This document shows, piece after piece, positions 11,886 to 25,994 of a stretch of DNA of 64,000 bases; the first letter of the stretch is position 1; each line of letters begins with the position of its first letter. Under the pieces are notes generated by a model. It had not been told where the DNA came from. It made no database searches and saw nothing but the letters and a program-made list of their open reading frames with translations. Origin of the DNA: the human T2T-CHM13v2.0 reference genome, Homo sapiens; assembly GCF_009914755.1 (NCBI RefSeq), contig NC_060936.1. One strand, written 5' to 3'. Position numbers and translations under genes: made by a program.

Positions 11886-12639
11886 GTCTTCTGCTCTCGG
11901 ACTTGGGGCCTGGACCTCCCCTCCTGCAAGGTGGCTCTGCCAGCACAGCGTTGGCTGCTCTCGGCATTGCTGCGTGGGCCACCACCGAGTCGGGCAATGG
12001 GGATATGAGGGGGGTCCTGAGCCTCTGTCATTATTTCCTGCTGTCCCTAAACAGGCTCAGGGTCTCCCTTGGCTGGGGGCAGAGACTCAGGTGAGCATCC
12101 TGGCGTCTCTGAGAATAAAACGTCACAGACGCAGCCTCCACTCAGCGAGCGAAAGGGGCAGCCCGAGGTGTGATCCGCGTCTGGATGTGCGGTTGAGCTC
12201 TCTCCCCGAGGAGCAGTGAGGAGGTGGCATGTGGGCGCAGAGAGGGATGGAAGTGGGAAAAGCCGGCTTGTCTCACAAAAAAGAAGACACCTGAGCCCAG
12301 AGCTTGAGCAGCCGAGAGGAGGGCTGGGGAATGAGGGCAGGGAAGGAGGCAGGCAGGGGAACCAGGGCGGGGAAGGAGGCAGGCAGGGCCACATGGCGCC
12401 AGCTTGTGGCAGGGGTGGATGGGGTGGGCTCCAAAGCAGGGGCCACTGGAGCAGGCCACACTGGGAGGCATGTGACCAAACTCCCAGCCACTCGCTCCAG
12501 CACACAGGCTGGCCCATGGCAAAAACAGCAGACAGGAGGATGGGAGGTGAGCAGCCGGGGGTCCTTGGTGAGGCTAAGACGCATTCTCCCGTGCACACGG
12601 AGAACCCACACCGTCGCCCAGCACCCCAGAGGGCTTCAC

Positions 12640-14190
12640 GGTAGAACCTGAGCAGCTGATTCTGAAATTCATGTGGAAATGCAAAGGACCTTGGAGAGCC
12701 AAAGCAATCTTGAAAAAGAACCAAGCGGGAGGACTCACACCACCTCAAGTTAAGACTGATTTTAGTACCACAGCCATTGGCAGGGCAACACTGGTGTGAA
12801 GCTAGACAAAGAGAAAGATGCATTGAAATAGATAAAGGAGTAAAGTGAAGAAATAATACTGCTTCGGAAAATGGGGAAATACACAAGCACACACACTCAC
12901 ACACACATGCACTCACACACACGCACACACACGCACTCACACGCACTCACACACGCACTCACACATGCAGTCACACACATGCATACAACCCACATGCACA
13001 CACACACGCATACAACCCACATGCACTCACACGCACACACGCACACAAATCCACATGCACTCACACACATGCACACACACACGCACTCACATACAGTCAC
13101 ACACATGCACACAAACCCACATGAACTCACACACATGCACACACACAGGCAGATACACACGAACACACATGAACACACATGCACACAAACCCACATGTGG
13201 TCACACGCACTCACGCAGTCACATGCACACAAACCCACACGCGCACTCACACACACAAACCCACACACACACTCACGCTCACACACACGCAATCTCACAC
13301 AAGCACACTCTCAAACCCATACATGTACTCACACACATGCACTCACACCCATACACACATTCACACACACTCATACCCACACATACACTCACACATGGAC
13401 ACCCACCCCTACACACGCACGCACACACTGAAACACACACGTATGCTCTCACACACACACCTTGGCAAGCAACAAACACTTCTTATTCTGGATAAATGAA
13501 TTTTGATCTGTACCTTCCACCACATACAAAAATTAACCCAGAACGGATCATTGACCTAAATGTAAACCCTAAAACCATCAAGTCCCTGGAAGGGAATAGA
13601 GGAGAAAGTCTTTGTGACCTTGGCTTAAGCAAAGATTTCTTCACTATGGCAACAAAAGCATGATCCAAAACAAAACAAAATGGATAAATTGGACTTTATC
13701 AAAATAAAAAACCATCTGTTCTTTGAAAGACACTCAGGTGTAGAAAGCCAAGCCACAGCCGACTGGAGAAAATACTTTCAAAGCACGCATCTGATAAAGG
13801 ACTTGTATCCAGAAGTAAGACAAAAGTAAGAAAACAAAATGTCCAATGAAAACTGGGGAAAAGACCAGAACAGACACGTCACCACCGAAGACGCCCAAGC
13901 AGCCATCAAGCACGTGCGCAGGTGCCCCCCTCGGCGGCCATCAGGGAGCTGCCACTCGGAGCCACACGGGGGCCGCTGTCTGGCTACCGGAAAGGCTGAC
14001 GTGCAGCCGACGTACAAAAGCGGCGCCGGTGAGGGTCGCGGAGGGGCCGGAACGCCCACGTGTGGCGGGTGGGGACGGGAGGTGGCGCAGCTGCTTGGAA
14101 AACAATCTGGCCATTTGTTGAAACATAAAACGTGTGGATATCTGAGCCTGGAGTTCAAGCCAGGGCTAGAGCTAGACATCCAGGACTGTT
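12640..14190 (+). mobile_element. Old L1 (L1M) ORF2/3' fragment, interrupted by CA-rich simple repeat
   Basis: ctgattctgaaattcatgtggaaatgcaaagg...gccaaagcaatcttgaaaaagaa; catacaaaaattaaccc...gacctaaatgtaaaccctaaaacc; gataaattggactttatcaaaat. Confidence 0.8.
12886..13460. repeat. Degenerate (CA)n / CACG / CATG simple repeat
   Basis: Low-complexity CA tract. Confidence 0.9.
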
Positions 14191-15812
14191 TGCCTCCATT
14201 AGACAGGACTGAAAGACACAGAGGGAGGAGGCCAAGGCCTGAGCCCTGGAACCCCAACCTCGGAGCTCCGCAAAGGCACAGAGGGTGGGCTGTGCAGCCA
14301 GGGAGGACCCAGGGCGGCCTCAGCGCTGAGGCAGGGGGAGGCGTCGGGAGGCAGCGTCACCTGCCCGACTGCGGCCAAGGAAGATGCTGGCCGAGAATTT
14401 GCTCTGGGCTTGGTGATGGGAGGACTCGTCGAGTGTGATTTCCACGCGTGGCGGGTCCCATGCCCCCCGCGGGAGAAGAGCAAGCAGAGCCAGTGGCTGC
14501 GAGCTTTTCCGAGGAGCGGGACCGCCAGGCGGAGCAGAGGAAGGGGCAGGAGGTCAGCAGCGTCCTCCGGGCGGGAGCCACGGAGTCCCATTTGCGTCTG
14601 GTGCTGCTGGAAAAAGCAAGAGAAGGTGGAGGGGCGTCAGGGAGGAGCCCGTGCCGGTCCCGAGCCCAGGGCGGGGTGGCCTTTTCCTGGGGCAGGTGCT
14701 GCTCCGAGCAGGAGGGTGGGGCATAGGAAGCTGGGCCCATGGTCAGACATGGTTTCAGCTCAAATACCAGAAGTGACCGTGAAGAAAGCAGGAATTTGGC
14801 TCCATGGATTCGGGGCCGAGGGCGGAATCGTGAAATAGACGCCGCTGGGAACGCGTACCTGGGGCAGGTCTCAGACGCGTGGGGCCGGATCCCGGTGGGG
14901 TGGCACGTGGCGCCTGCTGGGACCCTGTCCTGGCCGCTCACTTTCCCGTGTCTAACCAGCTATGCAGGCCTGGCCTTTGCCTGCAGCACACACAGGCGAG
15001 GGAGATGGGCGCACGGGATCAGCCAGTTTCCCAGATAACTTAGGCCCAGCCTGTTCTACAAACAGCTTTGAGGCCTGAACAGCACAGACGGACCCTCTCA
15101 CTGAGGGCACCCCCAGGTGACTTCGGTCTCCAGCTCTGTCTCAGGAGCCACGCTCTGGAAGAAACTCTTCAAAGAAAACTGCTCCTGAGACTGCTCTTGT
15201 TTAGTTATTCCAACAAGAACAAGTCCCATTTAGGGCCGAGAAATGAAACAGGGTCACACCTATTATAGGATATAGTGCTGAACAGACATCTTTTGTAAAA
15301 CAGTCCATTGACTGTGGCCAAGACAGTTGTAAACTATGGAATCAATAACCACTGAGCTTGGCAACAGTGAGCACCTCTGATCCTGGGTGTGAGAAACAGA
15401 AGTTGTCACAGAGGCCCCGTGTCTCCCTGAAATAGCCCCGTGTCTCCCTGAAATACGATCACCAGGAACCTCCTCCAGAAGGCAAAGGCCGGCACAGAAT
15501 CCTGCAGGCTTCACAGAGCCCTGCCCAGGGGCAAACCAGAGAGCTGGGGCCTGGAGTACCCAGCAGGTGATGCCACCTCTGTGCCCTGCCAGGTGCCACC
15601 TGGAGATAAAACCCCAGGGACAGGAGCCCCTGAGAACAGCTGGCTTCACGCGTTAGCTCTTGCGTACATAATGGTTCTGAGTCTACGACTGTAATCAATA
15701 GGAACTCAATTTGACTTCAATTGACTTCAATTCTTTCTTTAAGAAGAAATGGATTGGATGTGTCTGAGGTCCCAGGTGGAGCTGTCGGCCGTCATCTCCC
15801 GGCCAGAGCCCG

Positions 15813-15879
15813 ACCACACAGCCACAGCCATGGCCACAGCCACAGCCACGGACACGGCCACGGCCACAGCCACAGCCAC
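15813..15879. repeat. (GCCACA)n hexamer repeat
   Basis: gccacagccatggccacagccacagccacggacacggccacgg... Confidence 0.85.
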
Positions 15880-16247
15880 GACACCCTGCAAGGGATGCCA
15901 GGAAATGTGGTCTTCACTCTGGCTGGAGCCCAGATACATTTCAGAATTCTATCAGGGAGGAAGAGCGGGAGAAAAGATAAGAGGCAGATGACGGTCAGTC
16001 ATTGCCACACACAGGGAGGAAGGGGAGTGGGAGAGGAGACAGGAGGCAGAGATTCAGAGAGAGCAAGGAGGAGATGGAGCAGAGAGACAGCGAGGGGGAG
16101 AAAGGAGGGAAGGAGGAGACAGGGGCAGAGAGAACGAGACAACAGCAGCACAGTCCTTAAAAATCAAGCAGAGGGGAGAGCAGGTGCCTCAGCTGCCGCC
16201 GTCCGCTGCTTCTCCATGACAGACGCTGCGCCCGTCACTCTGTGCCA

Positions 16248-17229
16248 GTCCCCCATGCGCCCTTCAGTGCCGTGTGTGTTACTGCGGCAGCAGTGGCCAT
16301 GTGGGGCCACACGTTCTCAGCAGGGCGGTCACACGTGAACAGCCTGTGTGTGTCTCTGAGCCTTGGGGACACGTTTGCCAGCCGACGAAACTCCAGTCAC
16401 CCGTCACTGCCAGGGCTCGAGGGTGGGGGGAGGAGGAGACAGGAGAGAGGAGAACGCTGCCACGCCCCGCCCGGCTCCCACCCGTCACTCTGCCTCCGCC
16501 GCTCCCACCCGCACACCTGTACATCTGCCTTCTTGTGTGTTTCTTCCAGGTTTCTTTATCCCATTTTGAACCAATTTTATCACACCATAAAATTAAGAGA
16601 TTGTCCTCTTTAAAACAATGAAGCCAGGACAGATCCACCAAGCCTCCCTCCGACGCCCACCCTCAGGCCCCGCCCCTGTCCCCCGAGGTGACGCCGACGT
16701 GGGTGTGACAAGTGTCCCTCCAGGTCTGCCCACAAAACACTGGCCTGGCGCTGTGCCCTGCTTTTTAGACACAAACGGCGTTGGGGCAGCTGTGGCCTCG
16801 TGCCTTGCCGTGATGCTCCGGCATGGGGTCTGTAAATGGACCCTGCCGAAGGCTGTTTCAGGTTCAGGCTTGGCCGAGGTCCCAAGTCAACAGGGCCAGC
16901 GACGGCCAGGGCCCCAAGGCGAGCAGAGCCCCGCACAGAACGTGCAGGGAGGCTCCCACGCGTGGGAGGCCGTGGCTGCCAGGAGGGCCCGTCCCCCGTG
17001 CGCCCTTCAGTGCTGTGTGTGTTACTGCGGCAGCAGCCATGTGGGGCCACACGTGTTCTCAGCAGGGCGGCCACACGTGAACTGTGTGTGTCTCTGACCC
17101 TTGGGGACACGTTTGCCAACTGACCAAACTCCAGTCACCAGCCACTGCCAGGGCCAGAGGCTGCGCTCGAGGGCGGGGGGAGGAGGAGACAGGAGAGAGG
17201 AGAATGCCGTCACGCCCCGCCCGGCTCCC
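16248..17229. repeat. Local direct duplication of ~230 bp (16248-16479 and 16991-17229)
   Basis: Both copies run gtccccc[a/g]tgcgcccttcagtgc...ggggccacacg...ttggggacacgtttgcca...gaggaggagacaggagagaggagaa...cacgccccgcccggctccc. Confidence 0.9.
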
Positions 17230-18208
17230 CCAACTCAGAGCAGCCCCAGAGCGGTCGGGGGACGCACCGTGGGGACAGATGCACGGCGGGGACCCCTCTG
17301 TGGGCCACGCCTGCTCATCACGGGACCCAGGCTTCTGTTACGAGCGAGCAGAACCCTGTGGGCCTGGCCCAGGTCTCACAACGACCCAGGGAAGCACCCC
17401 CTCAACGGGACAGAGTGGGCAATGGTGCGGGGCGGGACAGGGTCAGGGCAGGTGCTCCTTGGCATTCTGACGGTGGCTCCACACAGGCCCTCCACGATGC
17501 CCCTGCAGCAAACTTGTGCAGAAGAAAATATCACAGCGCCACCACCCTACTGCCGGGCGCTTAAATTAGTTCCCGGCTTCCCGTGACACCCAGCAGCTGT
17601 GGAAGTGCCTGGGCAGGTTGCTTGCACATTCTTTCTGGACTTTTCTGTGTTTTCCGCAGGAGAATGCTCTTACTTCATGCCATTAATGTGCACCTAACAC
17701 CTGACACTCATCACAAACCTTTGTAGACAAACTGCTGTTTAAATTGGAAATAATGGAACACATACACCTCATTTTTCACCCAGCACTAGTTAGCATAAAA
17801 TAATTTCTTTTACCCATAATACAGTACCCTTCTCAATTAACAAACTGTCTTTAATTTTTAAAGGGATATTTATCAAACATACATCAAATATGACGATGAA
17901 TGAAGCAATACAAAGCCTGTGCCCAACGCTCAGTCTAGGAAAGTGGGTGATCACCCCGGCGTCCACCCTCCCTCCACTTCGCAGGCTGCCGTCTCTGGAC
18001 CTCGTGTGCCTTCCCCGTGGCTCTGCGCCACGCCTTCCCATCCCCAGCCACACCCGGCTCACCTTTGAGCTCGACGCCATGGCCACTGTCTCCCGCACAC
18101 GGGCCTTAGGGCCCCACTCCTCCTCCTGACATTGAGTTCCTGAGATTCCACCTGAGTGGCTGTGAGCACTGTGGTCATTCTCGCTGCCAGGCTGTGTCTG
18201 TTCTATGA

Positions 18209-18508
<300 letters not shown>

Positions 18509-19899
18509 GGGTTCCTGTTCTTGCTCAGGGCCGCTGCTGCTGGCTGCCTCCTGGTTTCCAGCTGTGCCCGAATCAGCTCGCCCCACTTCAATGGTGGCAA
18601 GGTGCCCTTCCTGGGGGCGGGCAGCCCAGGACCCACAGCCGGGACCCTGTAGGCTCCAGCAGCTCTGTGTGAGCAGCCCTGGCCCCTGGCCCTGTGCTGG
18701 AGGCAGCGTCCTCCCCACTCCGATGTCACAGAGGAAACAAATGCAAACCGTTCAGCAGTGGCCCCCGAATAACTCAGCCTGAGTGGAACCCGAGGGTTCT
18801 TTGCAGGACTTAAGTGGCGCCGTTTCTGTCAGACAGAAAATAAACTAAGTTTATGGTATTTGGAAAGCATCAGAGTTCAGCAAGATCACGGCACCCAGGA
18901 CCACTTGAGAGCTGCAGTGATTGAGGGCTGGGCAGAGGCGACGCAGCTGGGGACAGGCCAGGAATGTCGGCCCCATCCAGGGAGCACAGGGCGCCCCTCC
19001 CAGGGCCTTGGAGGAAATTCAACCCTGTCAAGCTTGGAGGCCTTCGGCGCATTTAGCCGTTGAAGGAAGTACCCACCGTGGTGTGCTCCAACCAGCATTT
19101 TCACATTCACAGTGAGGCCAGCTCGCTCCTGCTCCCACCAGCCCATCGCAGGTCAGAGAAAAGCCAGACGCCCTGCTCCACATCTCTCTCATACTTCTCC
19201 GCTCTTCACAACAGGCAGCCTGGCCAGCCCCTTCTCACCTCCCTGGGCACTGCGGCTGCACCCCCAGGCCTGGCAAGGTCACGGTGACCTCCACACCAGC
19301 CCATGCAATTCCAGGCTTCCCATTGCCCCTGAGAAGGTCAAAGCCCCGGGTTGCTCAGCCAGGCCGCTCCCTCCACCATCCCCTCTTGGTTCCCTTTGGC
19401 TCACTCACCTGCGCCCGGCCCCTGGCTCTGTGGCCTGCGCTCCAGGCCTGCTCCTGCCCCAGGGCCTTTGCGCTCCCCACCCCCACCTGGATGGCCACAC
19501 ACGCCCTCACCCTTCAAGAGGCTCACCCCGTGCTCAACGTAAAATCCCACCAGAGCCCCGGCCTCCAGCCTGCTGCTCTGCCTCTCCCACCCCCACCCCC
19601 GGCTTGCTCTTTGCACCCCTGCCCTGCTCTCCTGCTGGCTGGGGCTCCTGGGGCAGGGGTTCTGGGTGTGGGTTTGCTGTTTCACCGCCTCATCTCGGGA
19701 CCCAGAACTGTAGACGCACACAGGGCTCCATGTGTGGCCTTTATGGAGCTTGAATTCATTGCACTCAGCAGAGGGGAAGGCAGGTGATGAGCGGGCGTCG
19801 TCCAAAGCCTCAGAGCTGTGGGTGAGTCTCCAAATGGTTTTGTTTGAACGTAACATTAAAAGTCTAAGTTGTGGCTTGGGCTGAATTAGAAGCTACAGC

Positions 19900-20068
19900 A
19901 CCACACACACATGCACACATAAGCAGACACCACACACACGCACACATGAACATATGCCACACACAAGAACATACCCCACACACACGCACACATGCACAGA
20001 CACTACACATCTATGAACATACCACGTGCACACAGGATACACCACACACACGCACACACGTGCACACT
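19900..20068. repeat. CA-rich simple repeat
   Basis: Low-complexity CA tract. Confidence 0.8.
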
Positions 20069-20329
20069 CCCCCCGTGGGCTCCTGGCAGCAGGGGCTGTT
20101 CCCATCACTCTGGTGCTTGCCCCTGCTGGGGAACCGTCCAGTTGTCACCAACTCACTTCTAAGCCATGTATCAGGGCTTCCCAGCCTCAGCTCCAGACTG
20201 CACGCTCAGCTTCTCCATGTCCAGCCCGGCATGCAGGGCATGACGTGTGACAGGGCTCAGCCCCTCCATGTCCCTTCTTTCCCCCGTGTCTAGGCTGTCC
20301 TTGCCAGGCAGTGGACTTTCGCTCTTGCC

Positions 20330-20810
20330 CTGCTCAGCCGCTTCCCTCCTCCTTCCCATAAAACATGGGGCTCAGCCCGGCAGGAACTCCCTAAGTAGCT
20401 GGGTGGAGTTCCAGCCCTGGATGAAGGGGAGGGCACAGGACCAGGCTGAGCCAATCAGCATGGCAATAGGCTCAGGGAGAGACACACGGCCCAATCAGAG
20501 CCAGGAGAGGTTGGCTGGGCTCCGGGAGACAGGACGTGAGGCTGGAGTGGCTGCAGCCTCTTGCAGACAGTGGAGGCTCAGGCTAAGCCAGCAAGACCAA
20601 GAGGAGCACGGAGAGCTGGCAAGACGCTGGCCCGATGATATCGCCTGAGCCGTGAATCCTCCTGGCCAACGCCAGGGCTTCCTCAGGCTTTGTCATTGCA
20701 GGGACACTTCCCTCCCTCCCTCCTTCTCTGTCTCTCTCCCCACTGCCTCTCTTTCTAGCTTAAGCCAATTTGAGATGGATTTTCTGTCACTTGCTGTTGA
20801 AGGAGTCCTG
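20330..20810 (+). mobile_element. Old MaLR LTR (MLT1J/K-like) with two CCAAT boxes (20451, 20491)
   Basis: gagccaatcagca...ggcccaatcagagcc and the 3' end cttaagccaatttgagatggattttctgtcacttg resemble the MLT1J family. Confidence 0.6.
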
Positions 20811-22035
20811 GTCCAGCCCAGGTGGATTTCGTGCAAATGAAACCCACATAATGCAAGTCTGTGTGGAAGTGATCGTCTGCGATCGGCGCGTGCCCTTCGC
20901 CTTATGAACAGGAGCCATGGGTGACACGAGCGCCTCGGCTGGGCCGCCGGGGTCCGTCTGAGGTCCATCTGTCTCCAGGTGTGTGCTGGGTCTGTGGGTG
21001 AGATGCTGCGTGTGCATGTGTGTGTGCCCAGGTGTGTGTGTGGGAGCTGGATCCCAGGCCACCCGCACAGTGGGAGAAGGGGGAGCTGGATCCCAGGCCT
21101 GAGAAGGCTCTTTCTGCTTAGAGAGTCCAGGGCTGCCTGGCATCGAGCCGGCTCTGCCCCGCAGGTCCCAGTGAATCCACATTGCAGCAGGAAGCCACAG
21201 GGCAGGAACCTCAGCTTTCCGGTTGGCTTCCATGAACCAAGGACAAGCTTGCTTAAAGTTGTGCCCGGAGAGGCCGGGAGAGCTGCTTCAAAGGCAAAGA
21301 CCACCCAGTGGGAGTGCATTCCCCTGGTGCTCACCCAAGGGTCCCACTCCCCCTGAGACATTTCCTTCCCAGGGCACAGACCCCAGGCCTGGACAGAGCC
21401 GGGCACGTGTGAAACGGGAAGATGTCAGCTGGGGAACCGGCCGCAGCTCCCAACCTTGATGAGGAAAGAAACCTGGTAGCTGTTCCTGCAGAAAAGCCAC
21501 ATGGCTCGCCGCCTATCTCCACGATGGTACCTGGCTTCTCCCATCCTCACCGTCCACGTCTACTCCCTTCCCATCCCAGACCCGAGACGCAGAAGGCTTT
21601 AGACAGAGCAGCTTCATCAGGAATCTGGACTGGGCTGAGGTACCTGCTCCCAGCTCCTCAAAGTGCCATCCGGTAAATCTGCATCTATTAGAGCTGACAG
21701 CCAGGCTGCTCAGGCTTAAACAATTAATATGCATGAGGAGTCCGCAAACACAGAGCAGGGGCATGTTACTGTGCTGGGATGTAGGACGGCTTCTCGGATA
21801 AGGTCATTCATTTTTATGATTCTGCTTAATTTGGATTTGCCAGTCTTCCTTTCATTATCCCATGGGCCAGTCTTAATAATCAAGACTATGTTATGTGCTT
21901 TGTGGCATAATTAAAGCCACTGCCTAATTAGACAAGCATCTACCGTCTGACAAAGAGAAATCAGTAATGCAGCTAATGGAGAAAGTGGTGAGGAGTTGGG
22001 TTTGAAAGTGGATGGAATCACCTGTTGGTGCCAGA

Positions 22036-22192
22036 ACACACACACACATGCACACATGTCCACACATGCACACACATCTGTGGACACACACACACATGTA
22101 CATACATCTCACACACACAGATACATGCACACATGTACACACGCAGATACATGCGCATGTACAGGCATGCACACATACACACACACACACAC
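22036..22192. repeat. CA-rich simple repeat
   Basis: Low-complexity CA tract. Confidence 0.8.
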
Positions 22193-24888
22193 TCTCCTAC
22201 ATTCTATGTGTGTTTCCGATGACCAGCCCTGTCAAACCAAACCAATCAGCAGTGCAGTTTCTGCCGGGATAGTTGGCCTCTGAGGGGTTAAAGCCATGCA
22301 GGGAATCCAAGTCTGAGTTTCAAGTGGGCCGGGCTGAGCTTGCTTTTGTTTACTTCTTTAATCATCCATGGACGCTTGCTGGGGCCTGCAATGGCCAGGC
22401 ACATCCACCCACGTGGGACAAGATGCAGCTTCCGTGGCTGCTTGCAGGGGATGGAAGACTCCCACAGACGCCTGCTAACATCACATGCCCAAGTGTCACC
22501 GCGATGCCACGTCCAGTCTGAGCCATTCCTCGCCCATGTCCCTGTCCTTGTTGCATAGCCGGCCTCCAGCGTGTGGCTTCGTGCAGCGACCAGACCGTCG
22601 TGTGACTTTCTGCCACGGTTGCTGGGGTTGGCACTGGGGCAGACCTGCTGGGGGGTTCTGGGTTGCAGCTGGAGCGCTGGGACTGGCAGGACGCCTCTCT
22701 TCGTGCTGCCCCAGGGCCCATCCACGTCGACTCCCGGCGTGAAGCGTGTGGGCTGCCTCACAGCCTGGCAGCTCCAGGACTGCTGGGGGCTCCCCCCGCG
22801 GCCCCGGCTCTGCTGGCAGCACTGGGCCAGAAGCAACTCACCTTCACACAGCCGCCCTGAAGGCACGTAGGTTCCGGAAGGGAACCTTGGGAAATGGGAT
22901 TCGTGCCATACTCATGGGAGTCCCAAGCTCCCTCGCCCATTTCACTCCATGAGGATAGGAGGGGACAGCTGCTGACGACCTGGCAGAGACCCTGCGCCAG
23001 GCCCCACCCCACCGGCACCCTGATCTTGCACTTCCGGCCTCGAGAATGGTGAGAAACTCCTCGTGTTGTTTATAAGCCACCCGGTCAGTGGCCCTCTGAC
23101 CAGGGCCAGCAGCTCTGAGGCCCTCCCCCCGCCCCGGCCCCCTCCCCCTCACTCCCACACCCACCCTCTCTGGTTTTTCTAAACTCCTCCTCCCCATTCT
23201 AACCCCTCTCTCTGGCCCCTGCGGGCTCTGGGGAAGCCCCGGGGACAGTAGGCAGGGGCCAGGCTGCTGGGCTCCCCGAGGCCCCCGGGGGCTGGGAGTG
23301 GGTTAAAGCCGTCCAGGGCTTCGCTAGGGAGGGGCTCCAGCAAGACCCTGTTTAAACCTCCTTCCCACCACAGCGTGGGCGCCACGTCGCACTCTCTGGG
23401 TATGTCTCAAGGTGTGGATAATGCAGACTTCTGAGTTTAAAAAAATACCAAAAATAAAATAATCAGGCATCAAACATACAAGTTATTTGAGGACTTAAAA
23501 ACAGCACAGCAGGCTGGAACAGGAGGCCCCTAACCCGATGGTGTCATCTCTACATCCACAGCCCCCGCCCGGGAGGGTCTGAGCCAGGCAGCCTCCCCGG
23601 GAGCCGGTGCTGACACGGCCAGAGAAACCATTCCAGACCCGGACCCCACTGTCCCCAACACCTGCGGGCCAGTGACTCAGGGCGGTGGAGAGAGCCAAGA
23701 GGAAGTGGAGGCTGAGTGGCCCTCCCCGGGGCTGGGGCCCGCCGTCTGGTTGTGTCTCCAGCCGCTGGTTTAGGGGAATCGGGAGGGCTCACTTAAGCAT
23801 CCCTTCCCTGCGTGCTCTTCCATCGCGGGACAGAAGACCCGACTGCTGCCAGCACCAAAGGGTGTTCCCACGGCACACGCCGCTTGGGCTCGGGCAGGCA
23901 GGGACCCCTCCTCGTGCCTCGGGAGCCTGGAGCTGTCGGCCCTGCAGCTGAGGACCACAGGAGGTCAGGGACATGCAAGCTCAGTGCCCGAAGTCACTTC
24001 TAGAGTGCGATTCGGTGTCCCTGAAGGTCCCAACTCTGCCCTGACACATTACAGAAAATGTCGCTGCCCCCTGGTGTGGATGCTGGCCCGCCCCCGGGGA
24101 GGCTTCTGCCCCATCACCCAGCCCAGCCCATCCCATCCCAACAGGACTCAGCCTCCAGTGGCTACCATCAGACCCCACGGCATGGTGACTGTCACTGCAG
24201 AGGGCTAGAGAGGGCCGCGTGTGGGACGGCAGGGGCCGACGGGGGGCTCTGCATTCCCCAGTAACCCAGGTTTCTGCTGGGGCTGCTCCCCAGCTGCTCT
24301 GCTCCCCAGCTCCCTACAACGCGGATTTATTCTTATTTCCCACAGGGAAGGCCTAACAAGGCTTGACCAATCAGTGAAGGGCATTCCCCAGACTGCTGGC
24401 TGTGACTGGGTCCCAGATAAGCACGTGACCCACTATGGGCCAATGAAAGTCGCCTGAGACTTTTGCTTGCATGGTTGCTGGGACGGTCCAAAGTCCTCAG
24501 TGGGGACGGCTGGCTGCAGCTGTCAGACTTGGAGCGTGAGGACAGAGCTGGGCCGGTTCCTCCCTGGGATCTCCCCTCCCCGAGCACAGGCTCTGCTCTG
24601 CCCAGCCCCATGCTGTCCCCTGTGCGACCGCTGTGGGCTTCCTGCCAGGCTCCTGCACCCTCCGGCTTCTGTTGGGTTCAGTTCTGGGAGGCAGCCCCGG
24701 AGTCTGGAGGGTGGAAGGAGTGAGGGGCATCCCCTGTCCCCTCCCCACAGTCTTGGCAGTGGTTTCTTCTCTCCAGAGTTACTGTCCCTACCCCCTGTCC
24801 TCTCTCTGCAGCTCCAGCTCTTGCTGGGCGCCTGTGATTCTCACCCCTGTCCCTTCAGGCCGTGGGGAGAAGAACATCCCAGTGCGGT

Positions 24889-25200
24889 CACTTCCTGGAT
24901 CCAATTCCTGGATGCCCAGTGTCCGCCGGGTCTCCTGGATTCACCGTGGTCACTGCCTGGATGCCCAGTGTCCACTGGGTCTCCTGGATCCAATTCCTGG
25001 ATGCCCAGTGTCCGCCAGGTCTCCTGGATTCACTGTGGTCCCTGCCTGGATGCCCAGTGTCCTCCAGGTCTCCTGGATTCACTTCCTGAATGCCCAGTGT
25101 CTGCTAGGTCTCCTGGATCCACTTCCTGGATGCCCAGTGTCTGCCAAATCTCCTGAATTCACTTCCTGGATGCCCAGTGTCCACCAGGTCTCCTGGATTC
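24889..25200. repeat. ~39-48 bp minisatellite (cacttcctggatgcccagtgtccaccaggtctcctggatt), ~7 copies
   Basis: cctggatgcccagtgtc and gtctcctggat recur throughout. Confidence 0.9.
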
Positions 25201-25994
25201 TGCCTGTGTCCACGTGAGGGCACCATCAATTTCCTGCAAGGATCCTGACAGTCAAGGTACATCTAACCTGAGAGCAGGCAGGGGCTGGACTATCCCCTAG
25301 ATCAAGCCATGCCTGAAGCCCCACCTTTCAGTTGCCTGAGTCAACAGATTCCCTTTTTGGGTTGAGCCATTTCTAATTGGATTTTATGTCTTACTGACTG
25401 AACTATCAGGATGGCCAGCAGTAAGGGGTTTCGTTTTGGAGGATGAGGGACACAAATGTCTCTTCTCCAAGGTGAGGAGATGCCTGAAGGACAGGAGACA
25501 CTCACAGGAGGCCCTGGAGACAGATGTGCCTCACAGGCATTCCTGAGGACCTGTGGCCTGGCAGCACAGAGACTGGGTGAAAACAGAACCTTGTGATCTG
25601 CAAGTTCTGCCGCTGCCCTGTCTGTGTCTGTGAAGCAAAGTGTCCAGAAGGGGCCCGCGTGGAAGCTTCTGAGAGCGGTTAGGGGAACGGGGCCCCACGT
25701 CCTCCCCGGAGGGCTGGAGACAGAGGCAGGCCGTGCCCCCAGCCCAGAGTAGGGAGGAGGCTGGCAGGCGGCAGCTGTGGAAAGGAGGCGGAGCCCCCAG
25801 ACTCCTGAGCCAGCAGAGGAAGGAGTGGGACAGAGCCCACCCCAGAGGGAGACAAGACCCCGGGGAAGAGACCCCTCAGGGTGGCCCCCCAGCCCCTCCC
25901 AGGCTCAGCTTTCAGCCTGCACCCCCGTCTGGTCCCTCAGAATGACTGAGGTTTCCACTCTTTTTCTGCCAAATCTCTAGACTCCACGTCCCCG

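Noticed and set aside
12871-13499. His/Thr-rich and Cys/Val-rich ORFs (also near 19.9, 22.0 and 29.2 kb)
   Set aside because: Translations of CA/TG microsatellites.
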